Shown: positions 55,367 through 64,000 of the stretch, piece after piece
How positions within the stretch are numbered: the first letter of the stretch is position 1
How the letters are laid out: every line of letters starts with the position of its first letter
IMG/VR virus record: IMGVR_UViG_3300032220_001739
DNA: 64,000 nt
Origin: an uncultured virus (IMG/VR IMGVR_UViG_3300032220_001739)
Lineage: Duplodnaviria; Heunggongvirae; Uroviricota; Caudoviricetes
Strand: one strand, 5' to 3'
Notes under the pieces: generated by a model
Seen by the model: only the letters and a program-made list of their open reading frames with translations
Databases searched by the model: none
Told to the model about the DNA's origin: nothing
Position numbers and translations under genes: made by a program

Positions 55367-56554
55367 ATGGCTAAAACTACATCGGAAAAGGGGAAAGGAT
55401 TTTCTTTCCTATCACTGGATAAAGAGCTTTCAAAGATAGCAGGGTTTGAGACAGGGTCTATCCTTTCAGAAAACTCTTTCAGCGAGGTTGACGAGTGGAT
55501 CTCCACTGGTAACTATCTTCTTAATGCTCAAATATCAGGAACCCTATTTGGGGGAATACCAAATACAAGATCGCTAGGTGTAATGGGAGACCCGGGAACG
55601 GGTAAATCTTTTTTCTGTCTAAACGTCGTTAGAGAGGCACAGAAGCAAGGATACGATGTCATATATTGTGACACAGAGGGTGCTATTGATAAAAGCAGCG
55701 CTAAAAACTTCGGTATTGATCTAAACAAGATTAGATACCAGCCTATTCAAACTGTTTCACAATTCCAAACATTTGTATCTAATATATTAGATCTTGTTAA
55801 GAAATCCAAAAGTGAGGGCGAAAATCCAAAGATCTTATTGATACTTGATTCTTTAGGTATGCTTAGTACGGATAAGGAACTAGCCGATGCTCTAAAAGGG
55901 CATAATGCAGCAGATATGGGGGCTAAAGCTAAGGAGCTTAGAAAGCTATTTAGAGTTATTACACTAGACCTAACTGCAGCTAAGATCCCTTTGATCTGTA
56001 CAAACCACGTTTATACCGGAGGTGGCTACATGCCGACCAAAGAAAGCTCAGGTGGCGATGGACCAATCTTCGCTATGTCTGCTGTTGCGTTTCTTTCTAA
56101 GGCTCAGCTGAAAGATGGTGCAGGCACTAAGACTGGTATAGTTGTTACATCCAATCTTAAGAAAAGTAGATTCACTGTCCCTGAAATGATCAAGTTTCAT
56201 ATATCATTTGCTAATGGTATGAATCCATATGTTGGATTACAGGACTATGTTTCTTGGGATGTTTGCGGTATAGAAAGAGGTAAATTCGAGGAAGTAAAGA
56301 ATGCTGAAGGTAAAAAAGAAATGGTTTTTAAGCCTAACGCATCGGCAGTTAGATGGGGCGTTAAACATCTAGGAAAGACCATAGCATCTACGGAGTTATT
56401 CTCACCCAATATTTTCACTGATGAGGTTTTAAAAAATATTGACGAGCGCGTAATCCAGCCTAAATTCAAATTGCCAGATCTATCCGATCCTACTGAAATT
56501 TTAGATGAATTGGAAATGGGTGGAAATGAGGTAGATGACAATGGAGAGGAATAA
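55367..56554 (+). CDS. uvsX: UvsX/RecA-like recombinase
   Basis: ISTGNY.LN, GDPGTGKS, DTEGA, LDSLGML and TNHVY motifs. Confidence 0.9.
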   Translation: MAKTTSEKGKGFSFLSLDKELSKIAGFETGSILSENSFSEVDEWISTGNYLLNAQISGTLFGGIPNTRSLGVMGDPGTGKSFFCLNVVREAQKQGYDVIYCDTEGAIDKSSAKNFGIDLNKIRYQPIQTVSQFQTFVSNILDLVKKSKSEGENPKILLILDSLGMLSTDKELADALKGHNAADMGAKAKELRKLFRVITLDLTAAKIPLICTNHVYTGGGYMPTKESSGGDGPIFAMSAVAFLSKAQLKDGAGTKTGIVVTSNLKKSRFTVPEMIKFHISFANGMNPYVGLQDYVSWDVCGIERGKFEEVKNAEGKKEMVFKPNASAVRWGVKHLGKTIASTELFSPNIFTDEVLKNIDERVIQPKFKLPDLSDPTEILDELEMGGNEVDDNGEE

Positions 56555-56843
56555 GATCGAGTTTAAGTATTTGATGGGCTTGTGGAAAACTCTACCCGAC
56601 TACCCTACTAAGAAAGATATAACATACGAATTAAGCGTTTATCTTTTAAAGGACGGCAGGCCAAACGGTGAGTTTTCACACCAGACCTTCAATTCTGCTT
56701 TTGGCTCGGATTGGGAAAAGACCGAACACAAAAGAATAGTAGATGAAATGATTAAAGATGGTGGCTTCGAGGAAACCTCTAAGTCATCTGCCACTAAGAG
56801 ATGGTATAAAATTAAAAATAACCCTTATTATAACAGGAAATAG
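56535..56843 (+). CDS. hypothetical protein
   Basis: ORF between the recombinase and the helicase. Confidence 0.65.
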   Translation: MTMERNKIEFKYLMGLWKTLPDYPTKKDITYELSVYLLKDGRPNGEFSHQTFNSAFGSDWEKTEHKRIVDEMIKDGGFEETSKSSATKRWYKIKNNPYYNRK

Positions 56844-58145
56844 ATGGATTTAAGTTACTCCGAAAATATTATCATCAAGAACATTCTAGAAGACAAGTCT
56901 TATCTAGAAGTTGTAAAATCTGATTTTTTTAAGAACGAGGGATTTAAAACCATAGTAGAGGTAGCCAAGGATTTCTGGGAGAGATATAAGGAATCGCCAA
57001 CTAGGGAGCAGATAAAGGAGGCTCTTAAGATATCTGGCAGAACCGATAGTGTATCAATAAGCGAGATTGATAGCATATATGACGTTGATCTAAATAAATA
57101 TGACTCTGATTGGCTCATAGAGACCACACAGTTTTTTATTGAATATAAGAACCTGACAAAGTCTGCTGTTGATGCAGTTAAGTATCTGCAAAGCACACCT
57201 GTTACTTCCGAAAATATAAAGTCTGTTATTGAGACCTTTAAGAGTATAGTAAACGATAGAAATAATCTAGATTTCTCTTTCGATGAGGGATTAGATTTCT
57301 TTAATGCTGAGAATCACAAGCAACCCACTACCAACACATTCTCTAGCGGATATACTTTTATAGATACTGTATTAGGAGGTGGATTCTCAGCTAAAGCATT
57401 ATATGTTTTCATGGGTATGCCTAAGGTAGGTAAAAGTTTATGGCTCGGAAACATAGCTGCTCAAGCAGTTAGATCGGGTCATAATGTAGGTATCATTTCA
57501 CTGGAAATGAGTGATCGAAAATATGTGAAGAGATTAGGTGCTAATATCTTAGGTATACCCGTTGGTGAATACAACGATAGAGCCGAGGATGACCAACTAA
57601 TAAAGAAGAAAATTCAGTCTGTAGCTTTTGATAATCTGCAAATCCCTGGTAAATTGTTTGTCAAGGAATTTCCAACATCACAAGCATCAGTACATGATGT
57701 TGAGAGATATTTAAGAAAAATTGAGGAAAGTAAGGGTATAAAATTTAAGGTTGTTATTGTGGATTATATTAACATTATGAAGAATTGGCGAAATCCGAAT
57801 TCAGAGAACACCTACATGAAGATTAAGCAGATTGCAGAGGATTTAAGAGGAATTGCCATGGCGAATGAATGGTCCATAATTACAGCAACACAAACCAAAC
57901 AATCTGATTTTGATTCATCGGATTTGAGTATCAACTCAGCTGCCGAATCATCAGGTCTAGTAGCTACCGTTGATGGTATGTTTGGCATCATTCAAGATCC
58001 CATGATGTACGCAAATAGGGAGTATAAATTGAAGATATTGGCAAACCGTGATGACGGTTATAAAAATGCACATAAGATTTTCAACGTCGATTACAAGTTC
58101 ATGAGAATAGTAGAAGACACGAATACACCCATGCACACAGAATAA
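56844..58145 (+). CDS. DnaB-like replicative helicase (T4 gp41-like)
   Basis: GMPKVGKS, SLEM, VDYINI and TATQT motifs. Confidence 0.9.
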   Translation: MDLSYSENIIIKNILEDKSYLEVVKSDFFKNEGFKTIVEVAKDFWERYKESPTREQIKEALKISGRTDSVSISEIDSIYDVDLNKYDSDWLIETTQFFIEYKNLTKSAVDAVKYLQSTPVTSENIKSVIETFKSIVNDRNNLDFSFDEGLDFFNAENHKQPTTNTFSSGYTFIDTVLGGGFSAKALYVFMGMPKVGKSLWLGNIAAQAVRSGHNVGIISLEMSDRKYVKRLGANILGIPVGEYNDRAEDDQLIKKKIQSVAFDNLQIPGKLFVKEFPTSQASVHDVERYLRKIEESKGIKFKVVIVDYINIMKNWRNPNSENTYMKIKQIAEDLRGIAMANEWSIITATQTKQSDFDSSDLSINSAAESSGLVATVDGMFGIIQDPMMYANREYKLKILANRDDGYKNAHKIFNVDYKFMRIVEDTNTPMHTE

Positions 58146-58154
58146 AAAAATAGC

Positions 58155-58619
58155 ATGGTAGAAAAAAAAGAAGAAGAACAGCCAAATAAAAAACTTGGCG
58201 ATAAAATATTCGGTGCACATAATAATCCAACAAAGGACTCTGATTACAGTGATAACTTTGATGTTGATTTTTCGCACGTGATAATAGAGGATCGATACGA
58301 CGAGGAGGAGTATCTCTATAAAAAAAAACTGGAGGAAGCAGTGTATGTTGCTTTCCAGAATTCACGCTGGCATCCGCTTAGCTATAAGAAGAAAATACCA
58401 AAGGATCTTATACCCCACTTATTCCATGAGATATTGGAGCAAATGGAAGAAACTGAATTTAACTTCATAGAGAAGTTTGTCAGCATATGTGATTTTGTAT
58501 CTCTTTCGTATACTAAAGCATATGATGTGATTCCGACTAAATATAAAGAAAAAATAGTCAACGAGTTGGAGATAAAGTATAGCGTTTTATCAAAAAGAAA
58601 CATAAGTAAATTGTTTTAA
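58155..58619 (+). CDS. hypothetical protein
   Basis: 154-aa ORF in the replication operon. Confidence 0.7.
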   Translation: MVEKKEEEQPNKKLGDKIFGAHNNPTKDSDYSDNFDVDFSHVIIEDRYDEEEYLYKKKLEEAVYVAFQNSRWHPLSYKKKIPKDLIPHLFHEILEQMEETEFNFIEKFVSICDFVSLSYTKAYDVIPTKYKEKIVNELEIKYSVLSKRNISKLF

Positions 58620-58628
58620 TCACTATAA

Positions 58629-59732
58629 ATGGTAGAGAATAAGGAAGCTAAAAGAGTTTGGTTTATTACAGATACCCACCTGGGGGTAAGAAACAATTCT
58701 AACGAGTGGATAGATTATATAAGATCTTATTTCTTTGATTGGTTTTTTCCACTTGTGAAACAGCACTGGAAACCAGGAGACGTTCTGCTACATCTTGGTG
58801 ATTATTACGACTCTAGACAGAGTGTCAATCTTAAAGTTTTAAACATGGGAGTTGAAGTAGCTGAGGAGCTTTCTAATCTTTTCCCAGATGGTGTTTATTT
58901 TATAATAGGTAACCATGACATCTGGGGAAAAAGTTCGAATGACGTTAACTCTTTAAAGTCTATTAAATGGATCCCTGGTATTAATATATTTGAAGAGCCC
59001 GAAACCCTTATTCTTTCTAATAAGAAATTTTTCATGATGCCTTGGAGAAAGGATCATGATGAAGAAGAAAATACTATAGAAGGTGCAGAGCCACACGACT
59101 ATCTATGCTGTCATACAGACATCAGGGGTCTTAAATTCAATAGATTTGTAAATATCGAAGGCGGTACCAATATAGATAAATTCAGAAAATTTGGCAGCGT
59201 TTACTCCGGTCATATACACTATTCACAGACTGTAGATAACATTAAGATGCTAGGATCTCCCTATGAGATAACAAGATCAGATATGGGTAATCCTAAAGGA
59301 ATAACTCTTCTTGATCTATCTAGCGGGGATGAAACGTATTTCCCTAATGATTTTTCTCCTAAGTTCAAAAAGCTTTATTTTGACGAGATACTGGATATGA
59401 ATTCCCTGGAAGTCGAGGAGATGTTCAGGAATAACTTCGTCGATATAATGATAGATCCAAGAATGGCTCTAAAGGCACCGCTGAATATCATAACAGACAC
59501 AATTCAGTCTCAAAGAAAATTGAGTTTTCATCCGTATGATCCAGAGCAAGCAAATCCACTTTCCATGCAGATAATGGAAACTGACGGCAAGCAGTTCAAT
59601 GTTTTGGATTTCATAGGCGAATATGTGAGAACTATTGAAACAGACGAAGACACCAAGGATAAGATAAAGAGAAGTTTAGGTAAACTTTATCAGACAGTTG
59701 TAGAAAAGGATCAGGAAAACAGAGAGATATGA
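58629..59732 (+). CDS. recombination nuclease (T4 gp47/SbcD/Mre11-like)
   Basis: TDTHLG, LGDYYD, GNHD and SGHIH motifs. Confidence 0.9.
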   Translation: MVENKEAKRVWFITDTHLGVRNNSNEWIDYIRSYFFDWFFPLVKQHWKPGDVLLHLGDYYDSRQSVNLKVLNMGVEVAEELSNLFPDGVYFIIGNHDIWGKSSNDVNSLKSIKWIPGINIFEEPETLILSNKKFFMMPWRKDHDEEENTIEGAEPHDYLCCHTDIRGLKFNRFVNIEGGTNIDKFRKFGSVYSGHIHYSQTVDNIKMLGSPYEITRSDMGNPKGITLLDLSSGDETYFPNDFSPKFKKLYFDEILDMNSLEVEEMFRNNFVDIMIDPRMALKAPLNIITDTIQSQRKLSFHPYDPEQANPLSMQIMETDGKQFNVLDFIGEYVRTIETDEDTKDKIKRSLGKLYQTVVEKDQENREI

Positions 59733-61396
59733 AGATAAAAAAAGTAGAGTGGAAAAATTTTGCTTCTTATGGCAATAGAAAGCAGATTCTTGAATTTCCT
59801 GACGAACCCTCACTTTTTCAGGTTATTGGGGAAAATGGATCAGGCAAGTCGTCTATATCACAGGTTATAACATTTGCTTTCTATGGTAAAGTAGAGGGTA
59901 AAAAATTAGGGGATATCCCTAATAGAATAAACGGGAATGCGTGGGTTCGTGTTGAATTTGAATCTGATGGTAAGAATATAGCTGTTGAAAGAGGACTAGA
60001 GCCTAGCTTATTTGATCTGTATATCGACGGCATGAAGTACGATCAAGCTGGACAAAGGACTGTGCAGGATTATCTATCAGAGGATATTTTGGGTATACCC
60101 TATTATGTTTTCAATAATACAATCTTACTCTCTATCAATGACTTTAAGAGTTTTATCAAAATGAGTGTTCAGGATAAAAGAGCAATCGTTGATAAAATAT
60201 TCGGATTCCACATATTGAACCAGATGAGGGATGCTCTTAAAGAGGAATCTAAGAAGATAAAGGAATCGATGGACAACCTATCCGGCCAGATGACATCGAT
60301 TAAAAACTCAATAGAAAAATCACATTCTGAGATGGAATCTCTTGCTTCTGAAATAGAGGAAAAGTCAAAGGAGAGATTGGGATCACTTAACGAATCACTT
60401 GAAGCTTTTATCAAGCTGCAGGAAATGCATTCTCAAAAAATAACGGATTTCAAAAAAATTGAGGCCGAATTTAACTCCAGCAATCTTAGTGCAAACCAAT
60501 CACTAACAGAGGCAAGAACTAAGATGAAGGACATTTCAAGAAGATTGTCTCTATACGAATCTGATAAATGTCCTACGTGTGAGTCACCACTTGATACAGA
60601 TTTTCACAGCGATGTTAAAAATGGTCTAGAGGTTGAATCTAAAAAAATGGAAAGCAATCTTAGTGAAATCGAATCCCTGATTTTAGATATTAGAAAAAAA
60701 GAGACAGACATAAATTCAACAAAATCTGATCTAAGAGACAAGGGAAATAAAATATCTGCTAAAATCATAGAGATAAACAGAGAAATAGAATCCCTGTCTC
60801 ATAAGAATGGTCGCGATGAACAGCTTGGTGCACTAAAGAGAATAATAGATAATCTAGAGAGCGATAGCCAATCCATACAATCTGAGTCTTTTAAGGTGGA
60901 GGAAAAGTCTAACTGGATAAAGACTTTGGACGATATATTAGGTGAGAAGGGGGTTAAACAATTGGATATACGAACAATACTTCCTTCACTTAATTCTGAA
61001 ATATTAGATCTTCTTGGACAAATGCACCTTGATTATCAAGTAGTGTTTGATGAAGAATTTAAAGCTACAATATATCACATGGGGATAGAAATACCTGTAC
61101 AGACACTTAGCACCGGTGAAATGAAGAAGGTTGATTTTGTTGTTCTTGTGGCGATAATGAAGCTAATGAAACTTAAATTTTCATCCATAAATCTTTTGTT
61201 TCTCGATGAGCTTTTTAGTTCTGTCGATCCTGATGGAATCTACTCCATAGTAAAAATATTGCAGAAGATAACTAGAGAACTTGGCCTTAATATATTTGTG
61301 ATTAATCACGCTCCAATGCCGCATGAGATATTCGATTGGAAGCTTGAGGTTAAAAAGATGAACAACTTCTCTACTATAACCATAGACAAGTTCTAA
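59729..61396 (+). CDS. recombination ATPase (T4 gp46/SbcC/Rad50-like)
   Basis: GENGSGKS, CPTC Zn-hook, LSTGE and FLDE motifs. Confidence 0.9.
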   Translation: MKIKKVEWKNFASYGNRKQILEFPDEPSLFQVIGENGSGKSSISQVITFAFYGKVEGKKLGDIPNRINGNAWVRVEFESDGKNIAVERGLEPSLFDLYIDGMKYDQAGQRTVQDYLSEDILGIPYYVFNNTILLSINDFKSFIKMSVQDKRAIVDKIFGFHILNQMRDALKEESKKIKESMDNLSGQMTSIKNSIEKSHSEMESLASEIEEKSKERLGSLNESLEAFIKLQEMHSQKITDFKKIEAEFNSSNLSANQSLTEARTKMKDISRRLSLYESDKCPTCESPLDTDFHSDVKNGLEVESKKMESNLSEIESLILDIRKKETDINSTKSDLRDKGNKISAKIIEINREIESLSHKNGRDEQLGALKRIIDNLESDSQSIQSESFKVEEKSNWIKTLDDILGEKGVKQLDIRTILPSLNSEILDLLGQMHLDYQVVFDEEFKATIYHMGIEIPVQTLSTGEMKKVDFVVLVAIMKLMKLKFSSINLLFLDELFSSVDPDGIYSIVKILQKITRELGLNIFVINHAPMPHEIFDWKLEVKKMNNFSTITIDKF

Positions 61397-61442
61397 TTTT
61401 TATTTTGTAGAATATATAGGATAGAAAAATCTCTATTCAATA

Positions 61443-62336
61443 TTGGCACAATCCGGAAGAAAAAGAATCCTAAGAGCTACCCAAGCTACAACCCCTCAAT
61501 CTCAGACCAAGAAAATTGATCAGAATAAAAAGAAGGCTGGGCTGGGTAATATACCTAGCACATATTTTGAGCCGGGATTAAGTGGGGGTATACCAGGTGT
61601 AGGATTACTGAAACCTAGACCAGTTTCCACACAAAACTATCAGCCGGTTACGAATAATCAAAATAGACCAGTATATAGTACAAATACAATAGCTAAGTAC
61701 AGTTACTTCTTTGTAGAATATGACAACATATACACCCCTCTAAGAGATGGCGTTTTGTATACTTTTGTTGTTGTTATTACTCTTTCCCCGCAGACAGATA
61801 ATAATGTGGCTATCATGTTAGGAAAGACTAAAAAGAGAATAACCCCTTTGACAACAGATACTTACAAAAATGGATCTTTTAATCATCCAACGTATGTAAA
61901 TCAAAACGGGGATCCTTTATCATTTAGGTATGCTGAAATTCCTCTAGTTGTTCAGAAAACACCTGGAAGATTGGATAATGTCCCTATAGGATATCCTAAC
62001 TTCGATTCGACACCAAGTCCAATTAGTACGTCCCAAGGCCCATTTCCGTCTGCACCTATCGTTAACTTCACAACAGCAACCGGTGCAACCTCAGGTGTTA
62101 CTATTTCTGCAGGTGGAACTGTTTATTTTATTGATGCATCTGTTCAAAGTCCTTCCGCATATAGACCACTTGGATGGATTTGGAATTTTGGTGCAACAGC
62201 ATCTCCCACAGGATCTACAGATAGAAAGCAGATAGTTACATACGGAGCTACTGGAGTATATAGCGTTACCCTTACTGCATATAATGCAGGCGGGACTGGA
62301 TCCAAAACAAAATCTACATTTGTAACTGTAACATAA
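61443..62336 (+). CDS. PKD-domain structural protein
   Basis: WIWNFG...Y...GVYSVTLTAYN; TTG start after a late box. Confidence 0.7.
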   Translation: MAQSGRKRILRATQATTPQSQTKKIDQNKKKAGLGNIPSTYFEPGLSGGIPGVGLLKPRPVSTQNYQPVTNNQNRPVYSTNTIAKYSYFFVEYDNIYTPLRDGVLYTFVVVITLSPQTDNNVAIMLGKTKKRITPLTTDTYKNGSFNHPTYVNQNGDPLSFRYAEIPLVVQKTPGRLDNVPIGYPNFDSTPSPISTSQGPFPSAPIVNFTTATGATSGVTISAGGTVYFIDASVQSPSAYRPLGWIWNFGATASPTGSTDRKQIVTYGATGVYSVTLTAYNAGGTGSKTKSTFVTVT

Positions 62337-62337
62337 T

Positions 62338-63087
62338 ATGAGCGGATTTTTAGAAAAATACAACACCGATGAGGTATTCTTAAGAAACCTAATCATATCT
62401 TTTATTAGATCCCTGAATGATAAGCTAACTTATATACAGGTAAACGATCAGCAGCAAATACTGGAGGTTTTCGTCCCCTTCTTTTATTCAATGACAGGAG
62501 ACGAGAGCTTTCTGCAAGACTTCTTTATAGAATATAAAAACTGCCTTACGGACGAACCCCACGCGGAGGGTAACTATGATGTGGTTCCAAGAGGAATAGT
62601 TAAAATGACAGCTAGCAACATAGATGTAGCTGGTATAATGAATCCCAATGTTAGGATGTCATATACCATAGAAGATCTAGACGGTAACATGAAAACATTA
62701 TCTGCTTACACCAAGCCGGTTCCCCTTACCATTTCTTTTGATATTAGCATAATAACCGATACTATGCTAGATGCTTTTAAAATTTACCAGGCTGTAATAA
62801 CTACTTTCTATAAGACATATACTTTTGCTTTTGAGTTCCAGGGGTTGAGAATACCAGCTATTGCTGGCTTTCCTGAGCAGATAACAAACGACAAGCAGTT
62901 TGAGTTCACATATGGTAGTTCTCAGAAGTTTATAACGAGCCAATTCTCAGTTGAGGTTCAGACGTATTTTCCTGAAAAGGATCTAACAACTGAAAGATTC
63001 AGAGGTAATTTGATGCAGGCAGGGATCAGAGCAGTCCAAAAATTGGACGAAAGAAACGTTGATAGAGGAAATAATAGAATAGTCTAA
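62338..63087 (+). CDS. tail completion/terminator protein (T4 gp15-like)
   Basis: VP......E.FL, VPRG and PVP.TI.FD..I pattern; structural gene context. Confidence 0.6.
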   Translation: MSGFLEKYNTDEVFLRNLIISFIRSLNDKLTYIQVNDQQQILEVFVPFFYSMTGDESFLQDFFIEYKNCLTDEPHAEGNYDVVPRGIVKMTASNIDVAGIMNPNVRMSYTIEDLDGNMKTLSAYTKPVPLTISFDISIITDTMLDAFKIYQAVITTFYKTYTFAFEFQGLRIPAIAGFPEQITNDKQFEFTYGSSQKFITSQFSVEVQTYFPEKDLTTERFRGNLMQAGIRAVQKLDERNVDRGNNRIV

Positions 63088-63134
63088 GGTTCTGTATTAC
63101 CAACACGAATATATAGATAAAATATTCGTGTCTT

Positions 63135-63428
63135 ATGAACAGCTCACAGCTCCCATTTAATCCAGAGGAATTTGCAAATAGGATAATCGACGGTAGTAAT
63201 AGCGAAACCCTCGATCAACTTTATTTTGTGGGTAGCGCTAAATCATACATTAAAAAGATTGACACTGGTAATACATTAACTGTGAAAGCATCTGGTAATT
63301 TCTTTAGTAATGTTGCAGGTCAAGAATTCAGAGACATACTAGACGGCGGAACATCTACACCTGGATCATATCAGTATTATGGTGTGATTGTTGGTGGGGT
63401 ATTCCCAACAGAAAAAAATGGAATATAA
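63135..63428 (+). CDS. small late hypothetical protein
   Basis: Late box at 63108. Confidence 0.6.
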   Translation: MNSSQLPFNPEEFANRIIDGSNSETLDQLYFVGSAKSYIKKIDTGNTLTVKASGNFFSNVAGQEFRDILDGGTSTPGSYQYYGVIVGGVFPTEKNGI

Positions 63429-63446
63429 AAAATAACAATATAAAAA

Positions 63447-64000
63447 ATGGCATTTAGAATTCAGATTAGAAGAGACACCTCTGTTAAGTGGGCAGTTAAT
63501 AACCCAGTACTACTTTCAGCAGAGTTAGGTTATGAAACTGACACTGATCTCCTTAAGATCGGAGACGGTACTACCTTATGGAATGACCTTGACTACTGGA
63601 ACGGTAATCTAACTATAGAAGTAAACGGCACACAGGTTATACAAGGAGCTGGTACACTTAATTTTACTGGCGGTGTTGCTGCTAGTGCTACCGGTGGCAG
63701 TGTAACACTCGACTTCTCTGGAATTGGTGGCGTAACAGGACCAACGGGACCTAGTACTAGTATTGGAGTTTTTGATGCTACTACATTTGTAGCAGGTGCA
63801 ACGGGCATACAGTTCACCGGTGGTGGTGTTAGCGTGTCTTCTTCTGGAAACGTTGCTGTTGTTTCAGTGAGTGCATTACAAAACTCACTTTATAACGAGA
63901 CTGTAAGGTATCTAATAGATAACACAACAGCACAGTATTCGGGGTCACCTACAATAGGTGGGAATGACAAGATAACTATATGCTCGTCAGGTAACATCTA
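63447..64000 (+). CDS. Mtd-N-like fibre protein (3'-truncated; not in the ORF track)
   Basis: MAFRIQIRRDTSVKWAVNNPVLLSAELGYETDTDLLKIGDG...; paralogous N-terminus to 27213. Confidence 0.8.
   Translation, partial: MAFRIQIRRDTSVKWAVNNPVLLSAELGYETDTDLLKIGDGTTLWNDLDYWNGNLTIEVNGTQVIQGAGTLNFTGGVAASATGGSVTLDFSGIGGVTGPTGPSTSIGVFDATTFVAGATGIQFTGGGVSVSSSGNVAVVSVSALQNSLYNETVRYLIDNTTAQYSGSPTIGGNDKITICSSGNI

Noticed and set aside
1..64000. Alternative genetic code (TAG/TGA recoding)
   Set aside because: Conserved genes are full length in code 11 and end naturally at TAG, TGA or TAA; coding density is high.

Overview
This is a segment of a large lytic dsDNA jumbo/huge myophage (distantly T4-like) that uses the standard genetic code. 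The host is most likely a Bacteroidota: there are TTTG-N19-TAnnTTTG host-type promoters, a Bacteroidota-type bS21 and no Shine-Dalgarno sequences. Layout: (1) 1-20.7 kb, late accessory genes, most with a GATATATA box and an N-terminal MKxIKxF..(L/I)xE head-packaging-like leader. They include 22-aa LRR-like repeat proteins, an ADP-ribosyltransferase-fold protein, peptidases, a permuted transglycosylase, GH16, a flavodoxin-like protein and CAP-like proteins. (2) 20.7-25.8 kb, small early genes and an unusual RNA cluster. It has six tRNA-Leu-like scaffolds (plus one half copy) with conserved acceptor, D and T arms but unrelated non-canonical 29-68 nt middles, alternating with four structured spacer RNAs and ending in one normal tRNA-Cys(GCA). 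This is the best candidate for an undescribed system. (3) YkuK-like RNase H, DUF4326, an Mtd-N fibre, a Clp ATPase and bS21. (4) An 18.5 kb, 21-gene glycan synthesis island (GT2, GT6, GT7, GT11 x2, GT77-like, GMD, epimerases, methyltransferases). (5) Three large helical putative virion proteins. (6) UvsX, gp41 helicase, gp47/gp46, a PKD protein, a gp15-like tail terminator and a second Mtd-N fibre that runs off the window. All family assignments come from motifs read by eye; no database searches were run.
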